Assembly (NCBI GenBank): GCA_026004015.1
Contig: BPIH01000001.1
Span: forward strand, 16,398-80,397
DNA from: Chloroflexota bacterium
GTDB lineage: Bacteria; Chloroflexota; Limnocylindria; Limnocylindrales; CSP1-4
Direction: 5' to 3'
DNA length: 64,000 nt
Part shown: piece after piece, positions 1 through 9,085 of the stretch
Layout: each line of letters starts with the position of its first letter
Numbering within the stretch: the first letter of the stretch is position 1
Made by a program: the position numbers and the translations under genes
The notes under the pieces: model-generated
Told to the model about the DNA's origin: nothing
Database searches by the model: none
Seen by the model: only the letters and a program-made list of their open reading frames with translations

Positions 1-60
1 CTGCGGCGGTCGCTTCGACCGACGACGTATCTGGAGCTCCTCGATGGCTGGCGCGGCTGA
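1..60 (+). CDS. 3' end of an unidentified CDS truncated by the window edge
   Basis: Frame 1 is open from nt 1 to TGA 58-60 (...YLELLDGWRG*), ending 10 nt before the GTG of the next gene. Too short to name. Confidence 0.25.
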   Translation: MRRSLRPTTYLELLDGWRG

Positions 61-70
61 GCCGGCTCGG

Positions 71-787
71 GTGCCCGACCCGCCGGCGGCGCCCCGAGTG
101 ACGATCGTGATCCCGGCGCGGAACGAGGAGGCGTATGTCGAACGCGGCCCTCGAATCGGTCGCCGCCCAGACCGTCCCGCTCGACCGGCTCCAGGTCGTC
201 GTCGTCGTGAACGGGTCGAGTGACCGGACGGCGGAGGTCGTCCGGGCGGCGCGTGAGCGGTTTCCGCGTCTCGAGATCCGGGTCATCGACGATCCGCTGC
301 CCGGCGTCGCCCGGGCGAAGAACATCGGGGCCCGGCTGGCAAACGGCGACCTCCTCGTCTTCCTCGATGCCGACTCGCGGATGGCACCCGACCTAGTCGA
401 GCGGATCGTCGCGGCCTACGAGGCGGGGCACCGAGCGGGGAGCGTGAAGATCGCGGCCGACGACGGCGACCTCCTCGACCGGGGCTTCTACGGGCTCATC
501 GAGTTCGGCAAGGGGCTCTTCGGGATCCACGCGAACATGCTCTACTGCGACCGGGCACCGCCTTCGAGGCGGTCGGGGGGTTCGACGAGTCGCTCCACCA
601 AGCGGAGGACCGCGACCTTCTCGTGCGGCTCGCCCGCACCGGGCTGCGACTCGGGCGGATCACCGAGAGCGTCATCTACACCTCGCCGCGGCGGCTCCAC
701 GAGGGGCCGCTGCGGATCGGCCTCGTGCGGGTCTTCGGGCGCTGGACGCTTGGGCACCTGGGGATCTGGCGGCGGCGACCCTACTGA
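71..787 (+). pseudogene. Family 2 glycosyltransferase with two compensating frame breaks
   Basis: GTG at 71. VTIVIPARNEEAY reads in frame 2 (nt 98-136). ALESVAAQTVPLDRLQVVVVVNGSSDRT...LVFLDADSRM (DxD) reads in frame 0 (listed ORF 135-881). AFEAVGGFDESLHQAEDRDLLVRLARTGLRLGRI...RRRPY* returns to frame 2, with TGA at 785-787. The shifts lie near 131-140 and 550-560. Confidence 0.8.
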
Positions 788-877
788 GGTCGCCCGGATC
801 GGCTTGGGGGCTCGGGCTCGGGTGATTCGGTGGGCGATCTCATCGATCTCTCATGAACGGCGGCAACTCTGGGGGCC

Positions 878-1696
878 ATGACCGACGAACGCGCTCCCTC
901 GACCCGGCTTCGCGCCCGGCGACCGTTCGCCCTCGCCGTCGCGCTCATCCTCCTCGGCCTGGCCGTCGCCGCCGGAGTCGGGTTCTGGTACCTCTTCGGA
1001 CGCTCGACCCCGGCTCCGGTCGCCCTCGACCCCTCGGCCGGACCGAGTCCTTCCGCAGTGGCGACCGCGGCCCCGACGGCATCGCCATCGTCGAGCGGCC
1101 CTGCGGCGGCGCCGTCGGAGGCACCGAGCTCGAGCGAGCCCCTCGACGGGACCTGGTCCGTCGATCGGAGCATCGGCAGCTTCGCCGACTTCTCGGGGTC
1201 CTTCGTCGGCTACCGGGTCCAGGAGGTCCTCGTCGGCGTCGGAGCGGCCACGGCCGTCGGTCGGACGCCCGACGTGGGCGGCTCCTTCGTCCTCGACGGG
1301 ACGCGGGTCACCGAAGCCAGCTTCGAGGCCGACCTCCGGACCCTTCGCAGCGACAGCTCCATGCGGGACGGCCAGCTGCGGCGCCAGGGCCTCGAGACCG
1401 ATCGCTTTCCGACGGCGACCTTCGTCCTGACCGATCCGATCGACCTGGGTCGGCGGCCGACGGTCGGGGAGGTCCTGCGGGTCGAGGCGACGGGCGATCT
1501 CACCATCCACGGCGTGACGCGACGGGTCGTCTTCCCGCTCGAGGCCCGGCTGAATGCCGACGGCACGATCACGATCGCCGGCTCGCTGGAGGTCGAGTTC
1601 GCCGACTTCGGGATGGCCGCCCCCGAGTCGTTCCGGGTCCTCTCGGTCGACCCGCGGGCGGTCATCGAGCTCCAGCTCCAGTTGCGACGGGGCTGA
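878..1696 (+). CDS. Membrane-anchored YceI-like (polyisoprenoid-binding) domain protein
   Basis: N-terminal TM (FALAVALILLGLAVAAGVGFWYL), a Pro/Ser/Ala linker, then a YceI-like beta-barrel pattern (GTWSVD...SFVGYRV...RFPTATF...GDLTIHGVTR). Confidence 0.75.
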   Translation: MTDERAPSTRLRARRPFALAVALILLGLAVAAGVGFWYLFGRSTPAPVALDPSAGPSPSAVATAAPTASPSSSGPAAAPSEAPSSSEPLDGTWSVDRSIGSFADFSGSFVGYRVQEVLVGVGAATAVGRTPDVGGSFVLDGTRVTEASFEADLRTLRSDSSMRDGQLRRQGLETDRFPTATFVLTDPIDLGRRPTVGEVLRVEATGDLTIHGVTRRVVFPLEARLNADGTITIAGSLEVEFADFGMAAPESFRVLSVDPRAVIELQLQLRRG

Positions 1697-1894
1697 GGCG
1701 GACCCGATGGCGGCAGATGCCGCGATCGCGGCCGAGGGAACCGGTGTCGGGTGGCCCGTCTGGGCCCCGCCGCCCGAGGCTCGGTTTCTCGTTTGCTCGC
1801 CCCGATGGTGGACCGGAAGGAGGCCGCTGGGTTTTCCACTCGCCGGCAGCGCGGCCGAGCGTCAGCCGCCGCTGGCGGGGGCCTCGTCGACGGC

Positions 1895-2035
1895 CGGATG
1901 TTCCTCGGTACTCACCCGGTGAGCATCCAGGAGGATGTGCCTTGCGCCCTACTACCCCGGCGAGTATCCGAGAAAACCTCGGCCGGTGCGGCCTGCGGCT
2001 CACTCGCTTGGCGAGTATTCCGCGAGAACCGTGCC
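1895..2035 (+). repeat. Multi-hairpin repeat element, copy A
   Basis: Three palindromic units with GAGAAC-type tails: TACTCACCCGGTGAGCA (1909-1925), CTACTACCCCGGCGAGTA (~1950-1967) and TCACTCGCTTGGCGAGTA (~2000-2017). Homologous to the loci at 14.7, 43.7 and 52.2 kb. Confidence 0.7.
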
Positions 2036-2094
2036 GCCGTGCCCGGGTCCCCCGTTGACGGGCGGCTCGCGCGGGATGGGCGGCGAGAATGCCG

Positions 2095-2220
2095 CTCGGT
2101 CGAGCCGTCGAGCGGTCGCGCGGTCGCCGAGGTCGCGCGGTCGAGCGGTCGAGCGGTTGCCGAGGCCGAGCGGTTGCCGAGGCCGAGCGGTCGCGCGGTC
2201 GAGCGGTCGCGCGGTCGGCG
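2095..2220. repeat. GC-rich minisatellite (16-17 nt units, about 7 copies)
   Basis: Tandem GAGCGGTCGCGCGGTC and GAGCGGTTGCCGAGGCC units read directly in the sequence. It lies in the intergenic region next to repeat copy A. Confidence 0.75.
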
Positions 2221-2361
2221 CCGGCGGGAGGTGCCATTCGGCCCTGCTCACCGCCGACTGCGGCGGGATACTCCAGGGAGGTATATGAACGAGCTGCGGC
2301 TCGTCCTCGCTGGCCTGCGCCACGGACGAGCCCGGCGTGACGACCGAAGGAGGTCGAACCG

Positions 2362-2631
2362 ATGATGTGGCAATGGCACAGCCCCGCCGACTGGGGCGTG
2401 ATGGGGATCTGGATGATCCTCTGGGTCGTCCTCGTCGTGGCGGCGATCAGCCTCACCATCTGGCTCATCGCCCGCCTCATCGCTCCGAGGGACGGGTCTC
2501 CCAGGGACGGCGGTCCGTCGAGTCGGGGCGGCGACGACGCCGAGGCGATCCTCCGCCGGCGCTTCGCCGCGGGCGAGATCGACGCCGAGGAGTACGAGCG
2601 GCGTCTCGAAGTCCTTCGTCGCGGACGTTGA
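2362..2631 (+). CDS. SHOCT-domain small membrane protein
   Basis: GGAGG RBS 8 nt upstream. One TM (GIWMILWVVLVVAAISLTIWLIARLI). C-terminal SHOCT-like motif ILRRRFAAGEIDAEEYERRLEVL. Confidence 0.75.
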   Translation: MMWQWHSPADWGVMGIWMILWVVLVVAAISLTIWLIARLIAPRDGSPRDGGPSSRGGDDAEAILRRRFAAGEIDAEEYERRLEVLRRGR

Positions 2632-2685
2632 CCGCATCGACCGAAGGGCCGCGGCGCCCCGAGGGGAGTTCCGCGGCGGGTCTCG

Positions 2686-3324
2686 TCAGCCGCCGCGGCG
2701 GTACGTGCCCGTGAGCCGGGCGACACCGAGGACCCGGCCCTCCATCGCCCGCCGGACCGTCGCTGCGTCCGGCGTTCCGGGGAGCCGGAGCGGGGCGGAG
2801 AGGGCCGACAGGGTGAAGACGTAGCGGTGCCGCCCCGAGGGTGGGCAGGGGCCGCCCCAGCCGACCCGACCGAAGTCGTTGCGCCCCTCCTGGGGAGCGG
2901 CCGGCGTTCGCGACACGCCGCGGGGCAGCGAGCCGCCCGGCGCCCCGGGAATGTCGACGACGACCCAGTGGATGAACCCCCGAGCGTCCGGATCGTCGAC
3001 GATCAGAACGAGGGCCGCCGTCCCCTTTGGCGCGTCGCTCCAGGCGAGGGGCGGCGAGACGTCGGCCCCCTCGCAGGTGTACTCGCGGGGGATCGGCTCG
3101 CCGTCCCCGAAGGCGCTGCTCGTCAGTCGAAACGCGGGTGTCATCGTCGCCTCCGTCGATAGCGGACTGGCAGCATGCGAAGCGGCGCCGTTCGGGCCCG
3201 ACGTCGAATCGCCGACCGGACTCGGCGTGGTGGCCGCGCAGGCAGCCACCCAGAAGACGGCAGCCGCGGCGTGGGCGACGCCGGTCGCGACCAACGACCA
3301 CCGGATCCCAACGTGGCGCTCCAC
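2686..3324 (-). CDS. YbhB/YbcL-type PEBP (Raf-kinase-inhibitor-like) lipoprotein
   Basis: C-terminal 152 aa carry PEBP motifs (YTCEG...SPPLAW, LIVDDPDA..GFIHWVVVDIP, GYRGPCPP-like GWGGPCPPSGRHRYVF). A GTG at 3324 gives a lipobox-like signal (AAAAVFWVAAC). The alternative ATG is at 3144. The 483-aa listed ORF is an upstream shadow extension. Confidence 0.8.
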   Translation of the reverse strand: MERHVGIRWSLVATGVAHAAAAVFWVAACAATTPSPVGDSTSGPNGAASHAASPLSTEATMTPAFRLTSSAFGDGEPIPREYTCEGADVSPPLAWSDAPKGTAALVLIVDDPDARGFIHWVVVDIPGAPGGSLPRGVSRTPAAPQEGRNDFGRVGWGGPCPPSGRHRYVFTLSALSAPLRLPGTPDAATVRRAMEGRVLGVARLTGTYRRGG

Positions 3325-3373
3325 GCCCCGATTGTCCCCCCGGGCGCAAGTGGACCCTCGGCCCAGGCAGCGC

Positions 3374-5536
3374 CTATCCGCAGCGGTCGCTCGCCCCGAT
3401 CGCCCGGTACGGACAGTCGGCGAGATCGATGAGGTAGAGGAGGGCGGCGCGGTTCCGGGTCGTCTCGCGGACGATGACCTCGTCCGGCGGCTCATGGTCG
3501 GCGTGGGAGCTGACCTGCTCCGTGGGGTACAGCTCGAAGGTGAACGAGAAGATTCGATGGCGGGCGTACATCCAGTCGATCTGATCGCCGTCGGTGATGT
3601 AGAGGTCGCTCGACTGCATCGGCCGGTAGCCGTTCGTCCGGGCCATCGCGCGGGCCATGGCGACGTAGGTCCGCTGGTCGACCGGGTCCATGTCGGCCGG
3701 AACGTCGACCTTCGTGTAGCCGTACGGGTAGAGGATGAGCTCGCCGTTCGTGTGGAGGCTGACGTGGGTCCGGATCTGCTGGCGCCCCTCGACGACCCGG
3801 CTCTCGACGAAGTCCCGCATGGCCCGCGTCTCGGGGGCTGACCACGGCGCCGGGCCCCGGTAGTTCCATGCCGACGGATTGCCCGACGAACCGCCACAGC
3901 AGCCCCAGCGGTAGTCGTAGTTCCGGTTCGGGTCGGTACCCACGGCTGACGTTCCCGCATTCGGCTGGCGGTTCTTCCGCCAGCCCCGGTACGGCGAGCC
4001 GCCCAGGTCGAAGGCCCAGCCGTCGGGGTTGAGGGCGAAGACGATGAACACCTCTCGCTCGTCGACGAGGCGCCGAACCGCGGGGTCGCTCTCGTAGTCG
4101 CCGACCAGGACGTTGAGGAGGTAGAGGGCCTGTTCAACGGTCAGGTGCTCGCGGGCGTGGTGAAGGGCGTCGACGAGGACCTCGGGTTCCGGTTCGTCGA
4201 CGGTCACGTTGTCGGAGACCTTGGCGGCCCAGATGTCGCGACCCTGGTAGCTCGTCCCGATGCTGAAGATGTCGACGAGGTCGGGCCGCCAGATGGCGGC
4301 GACGATGACCGCGTTCAGGAGCTCGGTCGGATTGTGGTACCGCGAATCGAAGGCCGGGTAGTCGGGCTCCGGGGGTGGTACCGAAAGCCGCCCGTCGGCC
4401 CAGCCGACGAGCTCGTATCGGACGAACTCGCTCACGGCTGCCGGGCCTCCGAGGACGAGGATGGAGGTCGGCGCCCGTCGGCGGAGCTCGTCGCGGGTGG
4501 GGTGGGGCACGCTCGCCGGCCAGCTCACGCTGTCGGGCCAGGTCAGGAGGATCGGGGCGCCGAGTCTTCCCGCAAGGGGGACGGCGGCGAGGGCGTCGGC
4601 GAAGCCGAGGCCGGAGGCGACGAGGACGGTCGAGGCATCGGGCAGGAAGCGCTTCGCGAGAGCCGTCGCCGTGCCGAAGCGATCGGCCCCACCGACCCGC
4701 TCGACCGTCGGGCCGAGGGCGGCGACGGCCGTCGCCACGGCCGGGGAGACGGCCGCGGGGCCGCCGGCGATGACGACCCGTTCGGGCCGCAGGCGCCGAA
4801 TGGCCCGCACCGTCTCCGGCGGCAGGCGGTCGGGCCGGGTCAGGAGCACCGGAGCGCCGATGGCGGCGGCGACGGCGCCCGCGGCGAGGGCGTCCGGGAA
4901 GCCGGCCCCGCTGGCGAGGAAGAGGAGGGGCGTCGTCGCCTCGAAGGCGCCGTCGACGAGGGCGGCCGCCGTGCCGTAGCGATCAGGACCGGCAGCCCGT
5001 TCGATGGGCACGTCGGGGCCGAGGGCCGCCCGGACCTCGTCGACGACGGCCTCGCTCACGGCGGCCGGGCCGCCGGCGACGACGACCCGGCCCGGCGCGA
5101 GGCGGACGAGCTCGGTGGCGACGTTCGCCGGGAGGCGGTCGGGTCGGGTGAGGAGGAGGGCGCCGCCGCTTCTGGCCGCCGCCGGTCCCGCGGCAAGAGC
5201 ATCCGCGAAGCCCGCTCCACTGGCGAGGTAGACGACGGGAACGCCGCCCTCGGGGACGGTTCGGGCGGAGATCGCCACCGAGGTGCCGTAGCGGTCGGTT
5301 CCGCCGAGGCGCTCGGAAGTGACCTCGTGGCTGGGCTCCGGGACGGCGGCGGCGAGGACCGGTCGGGTCGGCGGCTCCAGGGCAGCGGTCGCCGCGGCGC
5401 GCACCGGGTTCGGGGCGCTGACAGCCGCCAGGGGGCCCCCGAGGACGAGGACCGCGAGGCCGACGAAGGCGGCCGACTGGGACGCGGGGGGACGGCGCAT
5501 GGCGGCGAGGATCGCCCCGCCCCGACCCCGGCGCAA
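3374..5536 (-). CDS. Secreted M14 zinc carboxypeptidase with three N-terminal CWB2 cell-wall-binding repeats
   Basis: Signal peptide, then a threefold repeat (R[YF]GTA.A...ASG.GF.DALAAG..A...GAP.LLT.PD.LP). M14 motifs follow: ALHHAREH (HxxE), FALNPDG, NRNY, SLHTNGELILYPYG. Confidence 0.9.
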   Translation of the reverse strand: MRRGRGGAILAAMRRPPASQSAAFVGLAVLVLGGPLAAVSAPNPVRAAATAALEPPTRPVLAAAVPEPSHEVTSERLGGTDRYGTSVAISARTVPEGGVPVVYLASGAGFADALAAGPAAARSGGALLLTRPDRLPANVATELVRLAPGRVVVAGGPAAVSEAVVDEVRAALGPDVPIERAAGPDRYGTAAALVDGAFEATTPLLFLASGAGFPDALAAGAVAAAIGAPVLLTRPDRLPPETVRAIRRLRPERVVIAGGPAAVSPAVATAVAALGPTVERVGGADRFGTATALAKRFLPDASTVLVASGLGFADALAAVPLAGRLGAPILLTWPDSVSWPASVPHPTRDELRRRAPTSILVLGGPAAVSEFVRYELVGWADGRLSVPPPEPDYPAFDSRYHNPTELLNAVIVAAIWRPDLVDIFSIGTSYQGRDIWAAKVSDNVTVDEPEPEVLVDALHHAREHLTVEQALYLLNVLVGDYESDPAVRRLVDEREVFIVFALNPDGWAFDLGGSPYRGWRKNRQPNAGTSAVGTDPNRNYDYRWGCCGGSSGNPSAWNYRGPAPWSAPETRAMRDFVESRVVEGRQQIRTHVSLHTNGELILYPYGYTKVDVPADMDPVDQRTYVAMARAMARTNGYRPMQSSDLYITDGDQIDWMYARHRIFSFTFELYPTEQVSSHADHEPPDEVIVRETTRNRAALLYLIDLADCPYRAIGASDRCG

Positions 5537-5667
5537 CCGACCGCCTGGGCCAGTGCCGCGCCGGACGTTCGGCCTAGCGGCGGTCGCTGCCCCCGGCGTC
5601 GCCGGCTCGGTCTCGGTCGGCCCGTTCCCGAGCGATGCCGGCCTCAGCGGAGTCGGCAGCCGACTCG

Positions 5668-6542
5668 TCAGCGGAGTCGTCCGGCCATGCGCCGGAGGCG
5701 AGCCACTCGCTCGGCGATCGGGGGATGGGTCGAGAAGAGGGTCGCCACGTCGGCGCCCCGCAGCGGATTGACGATGTAGAGGTGGGCAAAGGCCGGGTTC
5801 GGGGCCGGGGCCGCCCGCCGGCCGAACCAGCCCGCCAAAGAGTGTCGCCGGGCTGCGGCCGCTCGAGCCGCTCGAGGGCCTGGGCGAGCCCTTCTGGGTC
5901 GCCGGTGAGCGCGGCCCCGCTCGCGTCCGCCCCGTACTCCCGGCTCCGCGAGACGGCGAGCTGGATGATCATCGCCGCCAGCGGGGCGAGGAGGATGGCC
6001 GCGATCGCCCCGAGCGGGTTGGGCCGCTCGTCGTCGCCGCCGCCGAACCAGAGCTGGAACTGGAGCATCTGGGCGATGAAGCTGATGGCCCCGGCGATGG
6101 TCGCCGCGACGGTACCGACGAGGGTGTCCCGGTTCTTCACGTGGGACAGCTCGTGGGCGAGGACGCCGGCGAGCTGCCGCTCGTCCATGATCTCGAGGAG
6201 GCCGGTGGTGACGGCCACTGCGGCGTGATTCGGATCGCGCCCGGTGGCGAAGGCGTTCGGCTCGGGTCGCTCGATGAGGTAGAGCCGCGGCATCGGGAGG
6301 CCGGCTCGCCGGGCGAGGTCGGCGACGATCCGGCGGACCTCGGGCAGCTCGCCCGGACGGAGCTCGCGGGCGCCGGCAGCGCGGAGGGCGAGGCGGTCGC
6401 TCGACCAGTAGACGGCCACGTTCATGATCGTGGCGAAGGCGAGTGCGACGAGGGCGAGCCGGCTGCCGCCGACGGCGTAGCCGACGAAGACGAGGAGGCC
6501 GGCGAGGGCGGCCATGAGGGTCCAGGTCTTGAGGTTGCTCAT
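5668..6542 (-). CDS. htpX: HtpX-family M48 membrane zinc protease (one apparent frameshift)
   Basis: MSNLKTW start at 6542, TM segments, and HELSHV (HExxH). The C-terminal [15 protein letters not shown]...[15 protein letters not shown] is found only in the frame of listed ORF 5668-6639. The shift lies near 5800-5880. Length is 875 nt, not a multiple of 3. Confidence 0.85.
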
Positions 6543-6866
6543 CGTCCGCTCGTTGTCTGCTCGTTCCGTTGCGTGTTCGTGGTGTGGTGCTCGAATTCGG
6601 GCCGCGCCGCGGTGCCGGTTTCGGTCCGGCCGCGGGCATGCCCTGCTACAGGATGTGCGCATCAGCTTAGGCGGGGATGAGCGCCGCGCAACGGCTGAGC
6701 CGGGCAGGTTGCCAACGGCCATCCTGCCCGGATGCTGCAGTCGAGGTGACACACAACCGTTGTTCGCCCACCCGTCGTTGCGCAGGTGGGCTTTGGGTCG
6801 GCTATCGCAGGCTGTGGCCGCAGGGGTCGGCCGATCGAGGGAGCCTCGGTTCGCCGACGGCTCGCC

Positions 6867-7151
6867 CTAGGCGGGCAGGTCTCGGTCGGTCCAGGCCCGA
6901 GCGAGCCGCGGCCCGAGGGGCCCCGGCCGGTCGACGGTCAGCTGCCGCCAGAAGCCGCACCGGATCGCCGGCTCGATCCCCTCGAGCTCGGCAGCGACGA
7001 ACCACGCGCAGGCGAAGCAGCGCCCGGCGGCGACCACGCCTCGCTGGGGGCAGGCGACCTCGCCGCAGTCGATGGGGAGCCTCCGGGTCGCCTGGAGGGG
7101 GACCCGCCGGCGCCCGGGCCCTGGCTCGGACCACTCTTCCATGCCAGTCAT
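6867..7151 (-). CDS. Hypothetical small Cys-rich protein (94 aa)
   Basis: ATG ORF with GC-rich third positions and five Cys (C..x4..C, CFAC, C). No recognisable family. It lies between htpX and the riboswitch promoter. Confidence 0.35.
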   Translation of the reverse strand: MTGMEEWSEPGPGRRRVPLQATRRLPIDCGEVACPQRGVVAAGRCFACAWFVAAELEGIEPAIRCGFWRQLTVDRPGPLGPRLARAWTDRDLPA

Positions 7152-7368
7152 CGCTTCGTCCTCCGTCCCGTCGGTGGGTCTTCGATACCGCGGACGCTAT
7201 GCCATCGTCCGCCCACGACACCCCTGCCGAATGGCCCTTCCTTGCGCCGCGGTTCCGGATCGCGGAACGCAGCCCGGGTGGGCGCGCCCCGGGTGCCGCT
7301 CGGGCGAGGGGTCGGCTGCCGGGTTTGGTGCGTCCGGATCCTCTGCGCGTCCGGATCCGGAAAATCGG

Positions 7369-7398
7369 TTGACGGCCGGCGCCGCCGGCGGCTACCAT
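7369..7398 (+). promoter_or_regulatory. Candidate sigma-70-type promoter for the riboswitch transcript
   Basis: TTGACG (7369-7374), an 18-nt spacer, then TACCAT (7393-7398), about 17 nt before riboswitch helix P1. Confidence 0.35.
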
Positions 7399-7414
7399 CG
7401 GCGCCACAACCGAA

Positions 7415-7532
7415 GACCTTATCGAGAGTGGCGGAGGGACCGGCCCGATGAAGCCACGACAACCTACCGGCGCACAGACCCTCGCCGGCAAGGTGCCAAG
7501 TCCGGGCAGGAGCATTCCTGCGAGATAAGGGT
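7415..7532 (+). promoter_or_regulatory. SAM-I (S-box) riboswitch
   Basis: CCUUAUCGAGAGUGGCGGAGGGACCGGCCCGAUGAAGCCACGACAACC...GGUGCCAAGUCCGGGCAGG...GCGAGAUAAGG matches the S-box core almost position for position (UUAUC.AGAG.GG.GGAGGGAC.GGCCCGAUGAA...CAACC...GGUGCCAA.UCC.GCAG...GAUAAG). Confidence 0.9.
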
Positions 7533-7538
7533 GCATCG

Positions 7539-7572
7539 AGACCCTTCCTCGTCAGGAAGGGTCTTCTGTTTC
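7539..7572 (+). terminator. Riboswitch expression-platform intrinsic terminator
   Basis: Perfect 10-bp stem AGACCCTTCC / GGAAGGGTCT with a 6-nt loop, followed by TCTGTTTCGG. It sits directly after P1 and upstream of the thrC-like start. Confidence 0.75.
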
Positions 7573-7655
7573 GGTCGTCTCCGTCGCTCTCGGCCCCGAT
7601 CGAGTGACCCCGTCCGAAACGGGAGACCGTCCAGAGCCGACCGAAGGAGCCGACG

Positions 7656-9026
7656 ATGACGACCGAGACCGCGACCCCGACCGCCACCGAGACGACCGGC
7701 GCGCGGTCGATGATGGCCGCGGGCGCGCCGGCGACTGCGGTCACCGGGACGGGCGATGGTCCTCGGGCCCGGATCCTCGGCCTCCGGTGTCGGAACTGTC
7801 GACGCCCAGAGCCCCTCGGCCCGTCCTACGTCTGCCCGGCCTGCTTCGGTCCCCTCGAGGTCGACTACGACCTCGCCGTCGCTGCCCGAACCCTGACCCG
7901 GGAGGCCGTCGCCGCCCGTCCCCAGGGCATCTGGCGCTACCTCGAGCTCCTCCCCGTCGATGCCGCCCCGCGTCGCGGCCTTGCCGTCGGTTCGACGCCC
8001 CTCGTCGAGGCGACCCGCCTCGGCCCCGAGCTCGGCGTCGGCCGGCTCTGGCTGAAGGACGATACCCGGAACCCGACCCTGTCCTTCAAGGACCGACCCG
8101 TCGCCGTCGCCGCCGCCCGGGCCGTCGAGTTCGGCTTCGAGGTCCTCGCCTGCGCCTCGACGGGCAACCTGGCCGGTGCCGTCGCCGCCGCGGCGGCTGC
8201 CCTCGGCCTCCGAGCCTACGTCTTCGTCCCGGCCGACCTCGAGCCGGCCAAGGTCGATCATGCCCTCGCCTACGGGGCGACGGTCGTCCCCATCGAGGGC
8301 ACGTACGACGAGATCAATCGTCTGAGCCTCGAGGTCGCCGATGAGGAGGGCTGGGCCTTCGTCAACGTCAACCTCCGGCCCTACTACGCCGAGGGGAGCA
8401 AGACCCTCGCCTTCGAGATCGCCGAGGGGCTCGGCTGGCGCCTGCCCGACGTCATCGTCGCCCCCATCGCCTCGGGCGCCCTCTTCACGAAGGTCGCCCG
8501 GGGGATCGACGAGCTCGTCGCGCTCGGCCTCGTCGAGGCGCGAGCGGTCCGCTTCGTCGGCGCCCAGCCGGCCGGCTGCGCCCCGGTGGCGAGCGCCTTC
8601 GGGGCCGGGGCCGACGTCATCGCCCCGGTCCGAACCCCCGAGACGATCGTCCGCTCCCTCGCCATCGGCTCCCCGGCCGACGGCCTCTACGCCCTCGAGC
8701 TCGCCCGGGCGAGCCGGGGCTCCATCGAGGCCGTCCCCGACGAGGCGACGGCGGCCGCCATCCGGCGCCTGGCGGCGAGCGAGGGCATCTTCGCCGAGAC
8801 CGCCGGCGGGGTGACCATCGCCGCCGTCGAGCAGGCCCGTCGTTCCGGCGTCATCGGCCCCGACGACGAGGTCGTCGCCCTCGTCACCGGCAACGGGGTG
8901 AAGACGCCCGACGCCCGACTCTTCGGCCTCGAGGCGCGGCCGGCAGGTCCCGACGAACCCGGCCTGGCGCCCCCGATCCGCCCGTCGTACGCCGCCTTCG
9001 AGGCCTGGTACCGAGGCGGTCGCTGA
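7656..9026 (+). CDS. Threonine-synthase-family PLP enzyme (ThrC/MetM-like) with N-terminal Cys4 zinc ribbon
   Basis: GGAG RBS. CRNC...CPAC ribbon. PLP-lysine motif NPTLSFKDRP. ASTGNLAGA and a typical ThrC fold pattern through to ...VTGNGVK. Confidence 0.85.
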   Translation: MTTETATPTATETTGARSMMAAGAPATAVTGTGDGPRARILGLRCRNCRRPEPLGPSYVCPACFGPLEVDYDLAVAARTLTREAVAARPQGIWRYLELLPVDAAPRRGLAVGSTPLVEATRLGPELGVGRLWLKDDTRNPTLSFKDRPVAVAAARAVEFGFEVLACASTGNLAGAVAAAAAALGLRAYVFVPADLEPAKVDHALAYGATVVPIEGTYDEINRLSLEVADEEGWAFVNVNLRPYYAEGSKTLAFEIAEGLGWRLPDVIVAPIASGALFTKVARGIDELVALGLVEARAVRFVGAQPAGCAPVASAFGAGADVIAPVRTPETIVRSLAIGSPADGLYALELARASRGSIEAVPDEATAAAIRRLAASEGIFAETAGGVTIAAVEQARRSGVIGPDDEVVALVTGNGVKTPDARLFGLEARPAGPDEPGLAPPIRPSYAAFEAWYRGGR

Positions 9027-9085
9027 ACAGCCCGCACCCTCCTCCGCCCCGAACCTGCCATCGTCACAACACCGGAGTCATTCGC

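Noticed and set aside
2095-2220. Tandem repeats considered as a possible CRISPR array (also 48140-48340 and 52058-52117)
   Set aside because: The units are 16-30 nt and directly abutting, with no unique spacers of regular length. No cas genes lie nearby. They are minisatellites.
2646-2680. Possible bidirectional terminator between the SHOCT and PEBP genes
   Set aside because: Only a 7-bp CCGCGG-based stem with a 16-nt loop, and no U-tract on either strand. Too weak to annotate.
1210-2726. ORFs ending or containing ...YSPGE / ...YSPEE peptides (e.g. 14261-14785, 14596-14826, 14808-15377, 50847-52217, 51773-52387, 52355-52792)
   Set aside because: The shared peptide is simply the translation of the TACTCGCCCGGCGAG hairpin repeat. 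These ORFs cross intergenic repeat elements and have no other coding evidence.
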